Shown: positions 10,398 to 19,749 of the stretch, in pieces
Layout of the letters: every line of letters begins with the position of its first letter
Numbering within the stretch: the first letter of the stretch is position 1
Assembly (NCBI GenBank): GCA_043732305.1
Contig: JAYTHU010000031.1
Coordinates: forward strand, 4,739 to 68,738
Reading direction: 5' to 3'
Source: Oligoflexia bacterium
Lineage (GTDB): Bacteria; Bdellovibrionota; Bdellovibrionia; JABDDW01
DNA length: 64,000 nt
The notes under the pieces: generated by a model
Told to the model about the DNA's origin: nothing
The model's input: the letters and a program-made list of their open reading frames with translations, nothing else
Database searches by the model: none
Made by a program: the position numbers and the translations under genes

Positions 10398-13300
10398 TTT
10401 GCCCAAGAGAGCAAACTCGCGAAGCATCCATCAGTTCGATAAAAACATTTCCGCCATCTAAAACAGTTTGACGCAATTTAGCGAGCGCCGGCGGAGCTTC
10501 ATGCGCGTGACGTTTTTGAAACTCTGCGAGTGATTTAATTTGCGCTTGTTTTTCCTCAACGGTCGATCGTCTCAATTCAATTTTTGGATGCTTGAATCCA
10601 TGCTCCAAAGTTTTTGGGTCAATGAAAGTATTCACACCAATAATTGGAAGCTTTCCACTGTGCTTGAGAGTTTCGTAATAGAGACTCTCTTCCTGAATTT
10701 TCCCGCGCTGATATTGAGTTTCCATCGCGCCCAAAACTCCACCACGTTCTGCCAAACGATGGAATTCAGCGAGCACCGCTTCTTCCACTAAATCCGTCAG
10801 CTCACTCATAAAGTAACTGCCCTGCAGTGGATTCTCATTTCGAGTTGTGCCAAGTTCCTGATTGATGATCATCTGAATGGCCATAGCACGTCTCACACTA
10901 GCTTCAGTGGGCGTGGTGATCGCTTCATCATAGGCGTTGGTGTGCAGACTATTGCAGTTGTCGTAGATGGCAAAGAGCGCCTGAAGAGTAGTTCTGATAT
11001 CGTTAAAGTCTATCTCTTGGGCATGCAGAGATCTGCCGCTGGTTTGAATATGATATTTTAATTTTTGCGAGCGATCGTTCGCCTTATATTTATCTCGGAG
11101 TGTGACAGCCCAAATTCTTCGCGCAACACGTCCAATGACAGAGTATTCCGGATCTAAACCATTGCTGAAGAAAAAGCTTAAATTTCCAGCGAAGTCATCA
11201 ATCTGCATTCCTCGGCTCAGATAATATTCCACGTAAGTGAAACCATTGGCCAAAGTGAATGCGAGTTGACTGATGGGATTAGCGCCCGCTTCTGCGATGT
11301 GGTAACCACTGATGCTGACAGAATAATAATTCTTCACACCGTTATCGGAAAAGTATTGCTGAATATCTCCCATAACTTTTAAGGAAAATTCAGTCGAAAA
11401 AATACACGTGTTCTGTGCTTGATCTTCTTTAAGGATGTCAGCCTGAACAGTTCCGCGAACAAGCTTCAGCGTTTCCGCTTTGACAGCCTCACGATTCTGT
11501 TCTGTCTTAGCGCAGTCTTTAGTTTCCAATCTTTGATCAATGGCTGCGTTCAAGTAAAAAGCTAGAATTGTTGGAGCAGGACCGTTGATGGTCATACTCA
11601 CGCTGGTCTTTGGATCACATAGATCAAAACCCGCATAAAGTTTTTTAATGTCCTCAATAGTGCAAATGCTCACGCCGCTCTCACCCACTTTTCCATAAAT
11701 GTCGGGACGTTCGTGAGGATCTTCTCCGTAAAGAGTGACACTGTCAAAAGCAGTAGAAAGTCTTTTTGAATCTTCGTTTTGCGTGAGGTAATGGAAACGT
11801 GCATTGGTTTTTTCTGGAGGTCCTTCGCCGGCAAATTGCCTTCGAGGTTCTTCAGTGTCACGCTTGAGTGGAAAAACACCCGCAGTGTAAGGAAAAAATC
11901 CAGGGACGTTTTCTTTTCTCAAAAACCTGAGGCGATCTCCCCAATCATTTAATTTTGGGACAGAAACTTTCCTAATTTTGTTATGGGACAAACTGGTAGA
12001 AAAAAGCGCCATTTTAATTTCGCGGTCGCGCACATGATAAGTAAGGGCATCTTGAGAATATTTTTCTATCAAATGATCCCACGAATTGATTTCAGAAAGG
12101 GTTTCAAGTCCCACTTCTTTTTCTATTTTCTCTTGGCGATTTTCCAGAGCGGCCAATCCCGAATCTAAAGATTCTCCAGAAGATTTAGAATTTTTAAAGA
12201 TAGGCAGACATTTTTCAATGGCACCAAGTTCAGAAACCAAGACCGCATCTTTTTCGGTTTTGAGAATGTAACTTTTAATGGTCTTTACAATCTCCGCCAT
12301 GTAGCTTTGATTTTCAACCGGGAGTATGACCTGCCGCTTGGTGGTCAAAACCTTATGTTGCACTTTTTTAGTGAAACCTTTTTTAGCAAGTTCTGTGATC
12401 AATTTCGCAAACAAGGTATTCACACCCTGATCGTTAAATTGGGAAGATATGGTCCCGTAAATAGGCAATTCGGAATCTTGTGGCTCGTGAAAAAGTTTTC
12501 GGGATCTTCGATACTGTCGCCTGACATCTCGGAGCGCATCTTCGGCGCCACGACGATCAAATTTATTTATTGCAATGACATCCGCAAAATCGATCATGTC
12601 AATCTTCTCTAATTGCGAAGGTGCACCGTACTCACTTGTCATGACGTAGAGAGAAAAATCCACGCTATCTGTGATAGCGGTATCACCTTGACCTATGCCA
12701 ATAGTCTCTACAAAAATCAAATCGAAATCAGAATTTTGACATAAATTAATAGCTTCTTTAAGTGAGTCAGAAACTTCCCGCCCGCTTCCACGAGTCGCAA
12801 GCGAGCGCATGAAAATTCCGCCGCGTGAGAGCGAATTCATACGGATGCGATCCCCCAAGAGAGCACCGCCCGTTTTCTTCTTGGTGGGATCAACTGACAA
12901 AACGGCAATTCTAATTCCGTCAATGTGATTCAAAAATCTTTGAAGTATTTCATCGGTCAGAGAACTTTTTCCAGCTCCGCCGGTACCGGTTACCCCAACC
13001 ACCAATGCAGTTTTTTTGACAGGAAGATTTACCAGCTGAACATCAGCGTTCTTAGATTTCTTTTCTAGCGACAGTAAGTTTTCATTGATGGTTATTGCGC
13101 GCGCCAGTTGCTGCGGCCATTCTAATTTTGTCTGGTAGCCTCCCGGAGATTTAAATTCTGGGAGTTTTCGCTTTGACACCGCCATCAAATCATAATCAGA
13201 TTTATTTAAAACATCCTGGATCATTCCCTCAAGACCGAGCCTTCGCCCGTCATCAGGATGATAGATCGCAGTGATTCCGTATTTTTCTAACGCTTCCTTT

Positions 13301-13608
13301 TCATCATGGACAATAACTCCGCCGCCACCACCAAATATTTTGATGTGACCGGCGTCGTTTTCTCTCAGCAAATCAAGAGTGTATTTGAAAAACTCCATAT
13401 GCCCGCCCTGATATGAGCTGATAGCAATGGCGTGAGCGTCCTCTTGAATGGCTGCGGTCACAATATCTTTAACAGAGCGGTTATGCCCTAAGTGAATGAC
13501 TTCCGCACCACCAGCTTGAAGCAGGCGTCTCATGATGTTGATGCTGGCGTCATGCCCGTCAAAGAGACTCGTTGCGGTGATAATTCTCACATGATTCTTG
13601 AGCGCCAA
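10348..13608 (-). CDS. icmF: fused isobutyryl-CoA mutase IcmF (B12-binding domain + MeaB-like G-protein + mutase catalytic domain)
   Basis: N-terminal B12 domain ([13 protein letters not shown]...), P-loop GTPase ([13 protein letters not shown]) and a C-terminal substrate-binding TIM-barrel region in one 1100-aa protein. The longest ORF reaches 13740, but the likely start is the TTG at 13606-13608, 1 nt after the crotonase stop. Confidence 0.8.
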   Translation of the reverse strand: MALKNHVRIITATSLFDGHDASINIMRRLLQAGGAEVIHLGHNRSVKDIVTAAIQEDAHAIAISSYQGGHMEFFKYTLDLLRENDAGHIKIFGGGGGVIVHDEKEALEKYGITAIYHPDDGRRLGLEGMIQDVLNKSDYDLMAVSKRKLPEFKSPGGYQTKLEWPQQLARAITINENLLSLEKKSKNADVQLVNLPVKKTALVVGVTGTGGAGKSSLTDEILQRFLNHIDGIRIAVLSVDPTKKKTGGALLGDRIRMNSLSRGGIFMRSLATRGSGREVSDSLKEAINLCQNSDFDLIFVETIGIGQGDTAITDSVDFSLYVMTSEYGAPSQLEKIDMIDFADVIAINKFDRRGAEDALRDVRRQYRRSRKLFHEPQDSELPIYGTISSQFNDQGVNTLFAKLITELAKKGFTKKVQHKVLTTKRQVILPVENQSYMAEIVKTIKSYILKTEKDAVLVSELGAIEKCLPIFKNSKSSGESLDSGLAALENRQEKIEKEVGLETLSEINSWDHLIEKYSQDALTYHVRDREIKMALFSTSLSHNKIRKVSVPKLNDWGDRLRFLRKENVPGFFPYTAGVFPLKRDTEEPRRQFAGEGPPEKTNARFHYLTQNEDSKRLSTAFDSVTLYGEDPHERPDIYGKVGESGVSICTIEDIKKLYAGFDLCDPKTSVSMTINGPAPTILAFYLNAAIDQRLETKDCAKTEQNREAVKAETLKLVRGTVQADILKEDQAQNTCIFSTEFSLKVMGDIQQYFSDNGVKNYYSVSISGYHIAEAGANPISQLAFTLANGFTYVEYYLSRGMQIDDFAGNLSFFFSNGLDPEYSVIGRVARRIWAVTLRDKYKANDRSQKLKYHIQTSGRSLHAQEIDFNDIRTTLQALFAIYDNCNSLHTNAYDEAITTPTEASVRRAMAIQMIINQELGTTRNENPLQGSYFMSELTDLVEEAVLAEFHRLAERGGVLGAMETQYQRGKIQEESLYYETLKHSGKLPIIGVNTFIDPKTLEHGFKHPKIELRRSTVEEKQAQIKSLAEFQKRHAHEAPPALAKLRQTVLDGGNVFIELMDASRVCSLGQITHCLFEVGGEYRRSL

Positions 13609-13609
13609 T

Positions 13610-14386
13610 TTATTCCCCTTGGAAAGCTGCCGGGCGTTTTTCGATAAAAGCTTTTGTGCCTTCGCGCATGTCTTCAGTTTCAAATAAATCGCTGAAAAGA
13701 TCCGCTTCAAATCCAAGTCCTTTATCGATTGGAACGTCAAAGCCGTCGCTGATGGCTTCTTTGCTAGCGGCTACTGCAAGAGGAGCAAGTTTTGCTATTT
13801 CCTCCGCGGTTTTCATAGCTTCAGCCATGAGTTCATCTGGACTACAAAGTTTATTTACTAAACCGAGTCTGAAACCTTCTTCAGCAGAAATTTGTCGTCC
13901 AGAATAAATAAGTTCACGAGCCATTGGCAATCCAACAAATCGAGCCAAACGCTGAGTGCCACCAAATCCGGGCATCAGTCCAAGCATGACTTCAGGTTGA
14001 CCAAACTTTGCTTTGGTAGACGCGTAAATAAAATCACAGCTACAGGCAATTTCCGTTCCGCCACCAAGTGCAAATCCGTTGACTGCTGCAATAACTGGAA
14101 TTTTCAAAATTTCTAAACGTCTCAAAACAGCTTGGCCTTTTTTAGAAAACTTTCTACCATCTTCGCCAACCATGGTGGACATCTCTAAAATGTCCGCACC
14201 GGCGACAAAAGCTTTGTCTCCGCCACCAGTGATAATCAAAACACGAATGTCTCGATCGGAATCAATGATGTCGATTAAAGCGTCTAATTCGGTGAGCATT
14301 TCAAGATTGATTGCGTTCAGCGCTTTAGGCCGATTGAATTTTAGAACGCCAATATTTTTAACTTTTTCGTAAACCAGGGTTTCCAT
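13610..14386 (-). CDS. enoyl-CoA hydratase (crotonase family)
   Basis: Crotonase fold, 258 aa: [35 protein letters not shown]. Confidence 0.85.
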   Translation of the reverse strand: METLVYEKVKNIGVLKFNRPKALNAINLEMLTELDALIDIIDSDRDIRVLIITGGGDKAFVAGADILEMSTMVGEDGRKFSKKGQAVLRRLEILKIPVIAAVNGFALGGGTEIACSCDFIYASTKAKFGQPEVMLGLMPGFGGTQRLARFVGLPMARELIYSGRQISAEEGFRLGLVNKLCSPDELMAEAMKTAEEIAKLAPLAVAASKEAISDGFDVPIDKGLGFEADLFSDLFETEDMREGTKAFIEKRPAAFQGE

Positions 14387-14394
14387 GATTCTCC

Positions 14395-15240
14395 TTAATA
14401 TTTATAAAATCCGTGACCGGTTTTTCTACCGAGCCATCCCGCTTCAACATATTTTACTAACAGCGGGCAAGGGCGATACTTCGTATCACCGAGCTCGTTA
14501 TGCAATACCTTCATTATTGAAAGACAAGTGTCTAACCCAATTAAATCAGCCAACGCAAGTGGCCCCATGGGTTGATTGGTTCCAAGTTTCATCGCCTCAT
14601 CAATGGCTTCCGGCTTAGCAATGCCTTCAAGCAAAACATAAACAGCTTCGTTGATCATGGGCATAAGAATGCGGTTAACTACAAATCCGGGAAAATCTTT
14701 TGACTCAACAAAAGTCTTTCCCATTTTTTCCGCAAGCTCGCGAGTGAATTTAAATGTTTCATTACTAGTAGCCAAGCCCTTAATGCCTTCGACCAACTTC
14801 ATGACCGGAACTGGATTCATGAAATGCATGCCCACAACTTCATCGGGACGTTTAGTGACGGCCGCAATTTTAGTGATGCTAATGGAACTTGTGTTGCTGG
14901 CAAGAATAGCTTCCGGCGCAAGCACAGCGTCCAGCTGTCTGAAGATCTCGAGTTTTAAAACTTCGTTTTCCGTCACGGCCTCAATAGCCATGTTTACGGA
15001 AGTGAGATCAGTAAATTTCGAGGTGGTTTTGATTCGTTTAAGAACATCTTCTTTTTGAGCAGCGGTGATAATTTCTTTTTTAATCAGGCGGTCTAAACTT
15101 CCTGAGATAGTGCTACTTGCTTTAGCCAAAGCTTCATTTTTCAAATCATAAAGCACAACATCTATTCCTTGTTGGGCGGCCACTTGAGCGATGCCACTTC
15201 CCATTTGGCCAGCGCCCAATACACCTATGGTTTTAATCAT
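14395..15240 (-). CDS. hbd: 3-hydroxybutyryl-CoA (3-hydroxyacyl-CoA) dehydrogenase
   Basis: N-terminal Rossmann [15 protein letters not shown] and the 3HCDH C-terminal domain. 281 aa. Confidence 0.85.
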   Translation of the reverse strand: MIKTIGVLGAGQMGSGIAQVAAQQGIDVVLYDLKNEALAKASSTISGSLDRLIKKEIITAAQKEDVLKRIKTTSKFTDLTSVNMAIEAVTENEVLKLEIFRQLDAVLAPEAILASNTSSISITKIAAVTKRPDEVVGMHFMNPVPVMKLVEGIKGLATSNETFKFTRELAEKMGKTFVESKDFPGFVVNRILMPMINEAVYVLLEGIAKPEAIDEAMKLGTNQPMGPLALADLIGLDTCLSIMKVLHNELGDTKYRPCPLLVKYVEAGWLGRKTGHGFYKY

Positions 15241-15423
15241 ATGAATTGTCCTTTTTTTAGAGATAGTTTTTACTCCTAGTTTTTACTCTTTAGGCCTGCC
15301 GGCTGCAAGTCTAAAACATGAGGCACAAAACATAAGGCTGAGGCAAGAATTTCCTCGATCGGAATTTCGTCCAGGTAAAAGCGAGTCACAAGCCCTTCGC
15401 AGAGGCGCGCGAGTGAGACCAGC

Positions 15424-16959
15424 TTGCTTTACACCACAACTTTAGAAGCTTTGTGCAAGGAAGCTTGGGCCTTGTTTGTGCATTACTTAAAACTAATGCT
15501 CAGCCTCCATTACTCACGCATTTTAATGATCCAAGTTTGCCTGTTGGTTGGTTCCGGCTTTTTTGCGTCCACGGGTAGTCTGGCCTCTCAAATTTACCGT
15601 GACCCCGATTCCTCATTTTCATCCGGCGATGAACCTATTACTCAGCTTAAAATGGATGGAACGGCGATAAACCGGACTTGGATTAAAATGCCAAACGGAA
15701 AATGGATTTCACGAAAAGAAATTTTAACAATCATAGATTTCAGTGACAAAGTGATCGCTCGGAATAATACACTCTTGCTTTCTGACAGTCATGACCAAGC
15801 AAGACCGGTAGCCACCGTCAAAGTTGGTGAAACTCTAAAAATTATTAAAATTGAAAATTCCTGGGTGAAAGTGTCGCGGGAGATAAAATCGGGACTGAAA
15901 ATGGGATGGATCCAAGAAAAGCAAATTGGTCCGGATCCTGGCGCGTTCGGTTTTATTTACACAAAAAGTCCAATCATCATGCGCATCAAACCAAATTTTA
16001 CCTCTCACAAAGTGCGGGATCTCCCAGAACTATATAAAATCAAACCTCTCAAACTTCAAGGACCCTGGCTTTTTGTGAAAGACGCTGGCTACCAGGGATG
16101 GATTCATATATCTGACGTTTATTCAAAGTTAGATTTCGCCGAAGCGGTGCTTCCACAAAAAGAAAATGAGTATCGCAAAGTGAAGTTTCATCAGGGGTCG
16201 TGGATCGAAACAAAGGAAGCTCACTTTTATACCTTGCAAAAAATCGCAAAAATCAAAACAAGCGAACGAATTTTTCTAGTAAAGAAAAGCAAAGTTATGG
16301 GGAAAATAATGAACACTCAGACAGTCACGTGGCAGAGAGCCTACTCCAGACATTCAGGCACAGTTTGGTTCGCGGAAAACAATATTTTTCAGAAAAAAGA
16401 AAATACAGAAATTTATCTTTCTAACGATGATTTTTTCCAAAGAAAAATATTTGATATGGCCGAGCACCCTCTTCTCCCCGATTTTAAATTGGCGTCAAGC
16501 CGAGGCATATTTAAAACTACGGATAGTATGACTTGGGAAAAAATAGAACGTTTTGGAGAAGAAAATTACCCTGTCTGTATCACCCAAAGCGGAACAATGT
16601 TTGTGGGACCATACGTCAGTCACAATGCAGGAAATAGTTTCCAATCGTACTTGCGATTCGACAAGCTTCTAAACGCTTTTTATAAAGCAGGAAAAAAACT
16701 TCCATCTCAGTTACTAATGACAGCTATTGATTACAATGAAACCGGAAGTGCTTTGCATGTGACTTTTAATAGTACTCTTACGCTTGAGTCGGCAGACGCA
16801 GGGAAGAATTGGCTTCTTCTTGAAGGCCAACATAAGCCTCAAGAATCTGTTTTCTCACGGCGTTTCGCAATTCAAATCGATCGGCCATGGTCATCCCCTT
16901 CGTCTCTATCGGGGGCAAAATCTGAACATAAACGTCTTGCCACAATTGTGTCCTATTAG
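15424..16959 (+). CDS. hypothetical secreted protein (SH3b-like segment)
   Basis: Probable real start at 15526 (MIQVCLLVGSGFFAST signal). KVGETLKIIKIENSWVKV resembles a bacterial SH3 motif. The last ~60 codons overlap the convergent plsC. Confidence 0.45.
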   Translation: MLYTTTLEALCKEAWALFVHYLKLMLSLHYSRILMIQVCLLVGSGFFASTGSLASQIYRDPDSSFSSGDEPITQLKMDGTAINRTWIKMPNGKWISRKEILTIIDFSDKVIARNNTLLLSDSHDQARPVATVKVGETLKIIKIENSWVKVSREIKSGLKMGWIQEKQIGPDPGAFGFIYTKSPIIMRIKPNFTSHKVRDLPELYKIKPLKLQGPWLFVKDAGYQGWIHISDVYSKLDFAEAVLPQKENEYRKVKFHQGSWIETKEAHFYTLQKIAKIKTSERIFLVKKSKVMGKIMNTQTVTWQRAYSRHSGTVWFAENNIFQKKENTEIYLSNDDFFQRKIFDMAEHPLLPDFKLASSRGIFKTTDSMTWEKIERFGEENYPVCITQSGTMFVGPYVSHNAGNSFQSYLRFDKLLNAFYKAGKKLPSQLLMTAIDYNETGSALHVTFNSTLTLESADAGKNWLLLEGQHKPQESVFSRRFAIQIDRPWSSPSSLSGAKSEHKRLATIVSY

Positions 16960-17551
16960 CCATCAGGTCGCCTTTAGGCAAAACCTTGTGCGTGCCATAA
17001 ATGCAAATGGGCACGATGGGTTCACCGGTTTTTAATGCCAAGTGAAAAGCTCCGCTTTTAAAATCTCCAACACCTTCGCCCTTGAATCTAGTTCCTTCTG
17101 GCGCCATCCAAAAGCTTTCACCGTTGGTGAATTTTCGCTTCATACGATCCAAAGTTTTCTGAGACGCATCGACCCGCTTTCTATCGAGCGGCATGAAGCC
17201 CGCTTTCCATAAAACCTGACCAAATATAGGAATAAGAAACAATTCCTTTTTAGCAGCCATTCTGAAGGATTGCGGCACGGACCAAAATAAAACGGGAATG
17301 TCATAATGACTTTGATGATTGCTTAAAAAAAGTGCGGAACTGATTCCTTTAAGATTCTCAACACCTTCGCAGTGCACGCGAACGCCAGAAAGTTCACACA
17401 AAAGCTTCGACCAAACAAAGATCACCCGGTCCATAGTCTTGCGACTTGAAAACGGGATGAAATAGATCACACAGGCGATACTAAATAGAAAAGTTATCGA
17501 AGGGAGAAGAAAAAATAATACACCAGCTCTTATTGAAAGCATCAGTTTCAT
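16778..17551 (-). CDS. plsC: 1-acyl-sn-glycerol-3-phosphate acyltransferase
   Basis: NHQSHYD (HX4D) and APEGTR acyltransferase motifs. N-terminal TM anchor. 257 aa. Confidence 0.8.
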   Translation of the reverse strand: MKLMLSIRAGVLFFLLPSITFLFSIACVIYFIPFSSRKTMDRVIFVWSKLLCELSGVRVHCEGVENLKGISSALFLSNHQSHYDIPVLFWSVPQSFRMAAKKELFLIPIFGQVLWKAGFMPLDRKRVDASQKTLDRMKRKFTNGESFWMAPEGTRFKGEGVGDFKSGAFHLALKTGEPIVPICIYGTHKVLPKGDLMANRTQLWQDVYVQILPPIETKGMTMADRFELRNAVRKQILEAYVGLQEEANSSLRLPTQA

Positions 17552-17554
17552 GAT

Positions 17555-18658
17555 TTAAATCTTATGGGGCGCAAAGTATATTTCTCCCAGGACTCGGTCA
17601 TGAGCAGCTTTTCTTTGTCTCAACTTATATTCTCCGTGCGCGGAAGTACCAGAAAGATTTTGAACGTAGGTTTGATAATCCATGATTTGAATTTCGTAGG
17701 GATAGAAAAACCGAATCACGCCGTTGCTAGTTTTAACTTTGACCAAACTTCGGGAAATAAATTTAATCGCTTTGTAATGAATGTCGGAGAATGGATTATA
17801 CTTTTCTTTATATTCCGCCCGTTTAGAATCCTGGTTTAATGCTTCCAACATGATTTTATCGATCTCGTCGGAATCTAAATTCTTTTTCTCGGCGCCTAAT
17901 TTCTCAATCACTTCCATAAAAATATTTGTCGGGAATAAAGTATTTTTTGATTGGTGAGGAACCACATTGGCAAAGCTGACTAGGTTTTCTCTCCGTAAAA
18001 AACGTATCACGCGAAAAGCATCAAAAACAGTGGCGGTGATAAATCTCACTCCCATTTTATCAAAAATATCCATGGCCACACTTTCAGGCTTGCTGAGAGT
18101 TTTAATCACCATGCTGTGCATTTCTTTAAATGCTTTGACTTCGAATTTCATCAATGGAATTTGCTCAGAACTTTGCTCGGTCCCCAAGAATAACTTCCCG
18201 TTGTCATCACCGGAGACTTTAGATTGAATGGGACTAAAAATCTGATTTTGAATCTCGCTGGTGTAATTAAAAAAAAGATCATTCTCAACGTGAGCCACAC
18301 AGTGCATGACTCGAAGAATCGCACAGCTCCAAAGCTGCATTGGATTCTTGTCATGATCCCGGGTACTGGCGTATAAAAAAAGCCGCCGAATGTCTTTTAC
18401 CGCAGCGCGAGTTGCCAAAACTTCCGGAACTCGCTCATGAGAATCTAAAATATACTTATGCAATATATGGATAGCCTGTTCATACATTTGCCAAACAGTT
18501 TCATCTTCTTCTTTGATAGAGATATCATAACCGTAGGTTTTTAAAAATTCGCCGCCTTCTTCCAGAGACCTGAAGTCAAGCCTCGGCACGTCGATGGTGG
18601 AATAACCACCAATGATTGTTTTGATCATTTGGCTTGGAAAATCGAAATTACTGATCAT
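17555..18658 (-). CDS. RelA/SpoT-synthetase-domain protein (stand-alone nucleotidyltransferase, no HD hydrolase)
   Basis: GVRFITATVFDAFRVIRFL and YPYEIQIMDYQ...SAHGEYK match the RSH synthetase motifs (G.R.I...YRV / EVQIRT...AAHWRYK). The ~230-aa N-terminal region is unassigned. Confidence 0.5.
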   Translation of the reverse strand: MISNFDFPSQMIKTIIGGYSTIDVPRLDFRSLEEGGEFLKTYGYDISIKEEDETVWQMYEQAIHILHKYILDSHERVPEVLATRAAVKDIRRLFLYASTRDHDKNPMQLWSCAILRVMHCVAHVENDLFFNYTSEIQNQIFSPIQSKVSGDDNGKLFLGTEQSSEQIPLMKFEVKAFKEMHSMVIKTLSKPESVAMDIFDKMGVRFITATVFDAFRVIRFLRRENLVSFANVVPHQSKNTLFPTNIFMEVIEKLGAEKKNLDSDEIDKIMLEALNQDSKRAEYKEKYNPFSDIHYKAIKFISRSLVKVKTSNGVIRFFYPYEIQIMDYQTYVQNLSGTSAHGEYKLRQRKAAHDRVLGEIYFAPHKI

Positions 18659-18680
18659 GATGATTTTAACTTAGCGAATA

Positions 18681-18719
18681 AAAAGACCTTTGCCAAATTT
18701 TATTTGGTAAAGGTCTTTT
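18681..18719 (-). terminator. intrinsic terminator-like hairpin downstream of lipoprotein gene
   Basis: aaaagacctttgccaaa / tttggtaaaggtctttt is a 17-bp stem with one mismatch. On the minus-strand RNA it is followed by UUUUAUUCG. Confidence 0.6.
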
Positions 18720-18739
18720 AGATAAAGCTTAATATTTCT

Positions 18740-19570
18740 TTATTGACATCTAAAAAATGCGCAGGCGTTTCCGCTAAATTGTCCAAGAGTTCCTGAAGCC
18801 ACACTGGTTTGACCATTGATGGTGTTGACAGAAGTTTGATTGGTAAACCCAATGGTTCCGCTCAAAGTGTAGTTCACTCCGGATCCTGATAAAGTTCCTA
18901 TGACGGTGATTGTTCCTTCGCCATCGCTGAACACTAAATTAACTTTATTTCCCTGCACATAAGAACCTTGAGTCTGCAATCCAACATTGACAGGAATTGC
19001 AGGAACCACACCACCGCTAGGATCAGCAGTTCCGGTCAATGAATCCCAGAAGCCCATAGTAATACCACCGCTTGAAGGAGCCACTTGCTGATTAGACGCG
19101 ACAACAGCAGAGAGTGTCTGATTGCTAGTGAAAACCATTGGCGCAGAGCTAGATCCACTAGGATTTGTGCCCATGGTCATTCCCACAACGCAATTTGAAC
19201 CGTTGCAAGGAATCTGAGTGTAGCTTGCGGGTGTTCCAAAAATTGCAGAATTCCAATTGGTGTCCGTCGTTGTTGATGTGGCGCCAATAGCACCCCACGC
19301 CCAGTCAGTGCTCAAGAAATAGCGGGAGACGTCGTTGCTGTTCATACTTAAGCCAGGAGCCATGCCAGAGGTGACCTGACCCGAACTGGTGTTCACTTGC
19401 GCCCATATAGAACTGCTCACTCCACTGGGAGCGGCTGGGACACTGACGCCACCACGGATGTTATTACCGTTGGTGCGACTGGTTGAATTTTTGTCTTTAT
19501 TGTTGCTACCGCAGGCCGTGAATAGGAGCGTTGCTGCAACCGATAATGCTACTAATAAATTGTTTCTCAT
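18740..19570 (-). CDS. Ser/Thr/Gly-rich lipoprotein, hypothetical
   Basis: MRNNLLVALSVAATLLFTAC lipobox, then low-complexity S/T/G/N-rich sequence. Start chosen at the second Met of the ORF. Confidence 0.55.
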   Translation of the reverse strand: MRNNLLVALSVAATLLFTACGSNNKDKNSTSRTNGNNIRGGVSVPAAPSGVSSSIWAQVNTSSGQVTSGMAPGLSMNSNDVSRYFLSTDWAWGAIGATSTTTDTNWNSAIFGTPASYTQIPCNGSNCVVGMTMGTNPSGSSSAPMVFTSNQTLSAVVASNQQVAPSSGGITMGFWDSLTGTADPSGGVVPAIPVNVGLQTQGSYVQGNKVNLVFSDGEGTITVIGTLSGSGVNYTLSGTIGFTNQTSVNTINGQTSVASGTLGQFSGNACAFFRCQ

Positions 19571-19749
19571 AAATCTCCACTTTGAAAATAGGTCCATCCG
19601 TATTCTCTCAAGTTTATGTATTACAAGGGTTGGGCCATGGTTTTGGTCCTAGGGAATGACAGGTTGACTATAGGATTGATTGTCAGGAGTGCAGTTCGAA
19701 TAGGCCTTGAGTCGTCAGACAACTGTCTAATTTTTAGCCAAGTCGGTTT

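Noticed and set aside
18740-19597. S/T/G/N-rich low-complexity coding region. I considered a repeat or mobile-element remnant.
   Set aside because: It is a continuous ORF with a clean lipoprotein signal, and the low-complexity region is in frame. It is treated as a lipoprotein.
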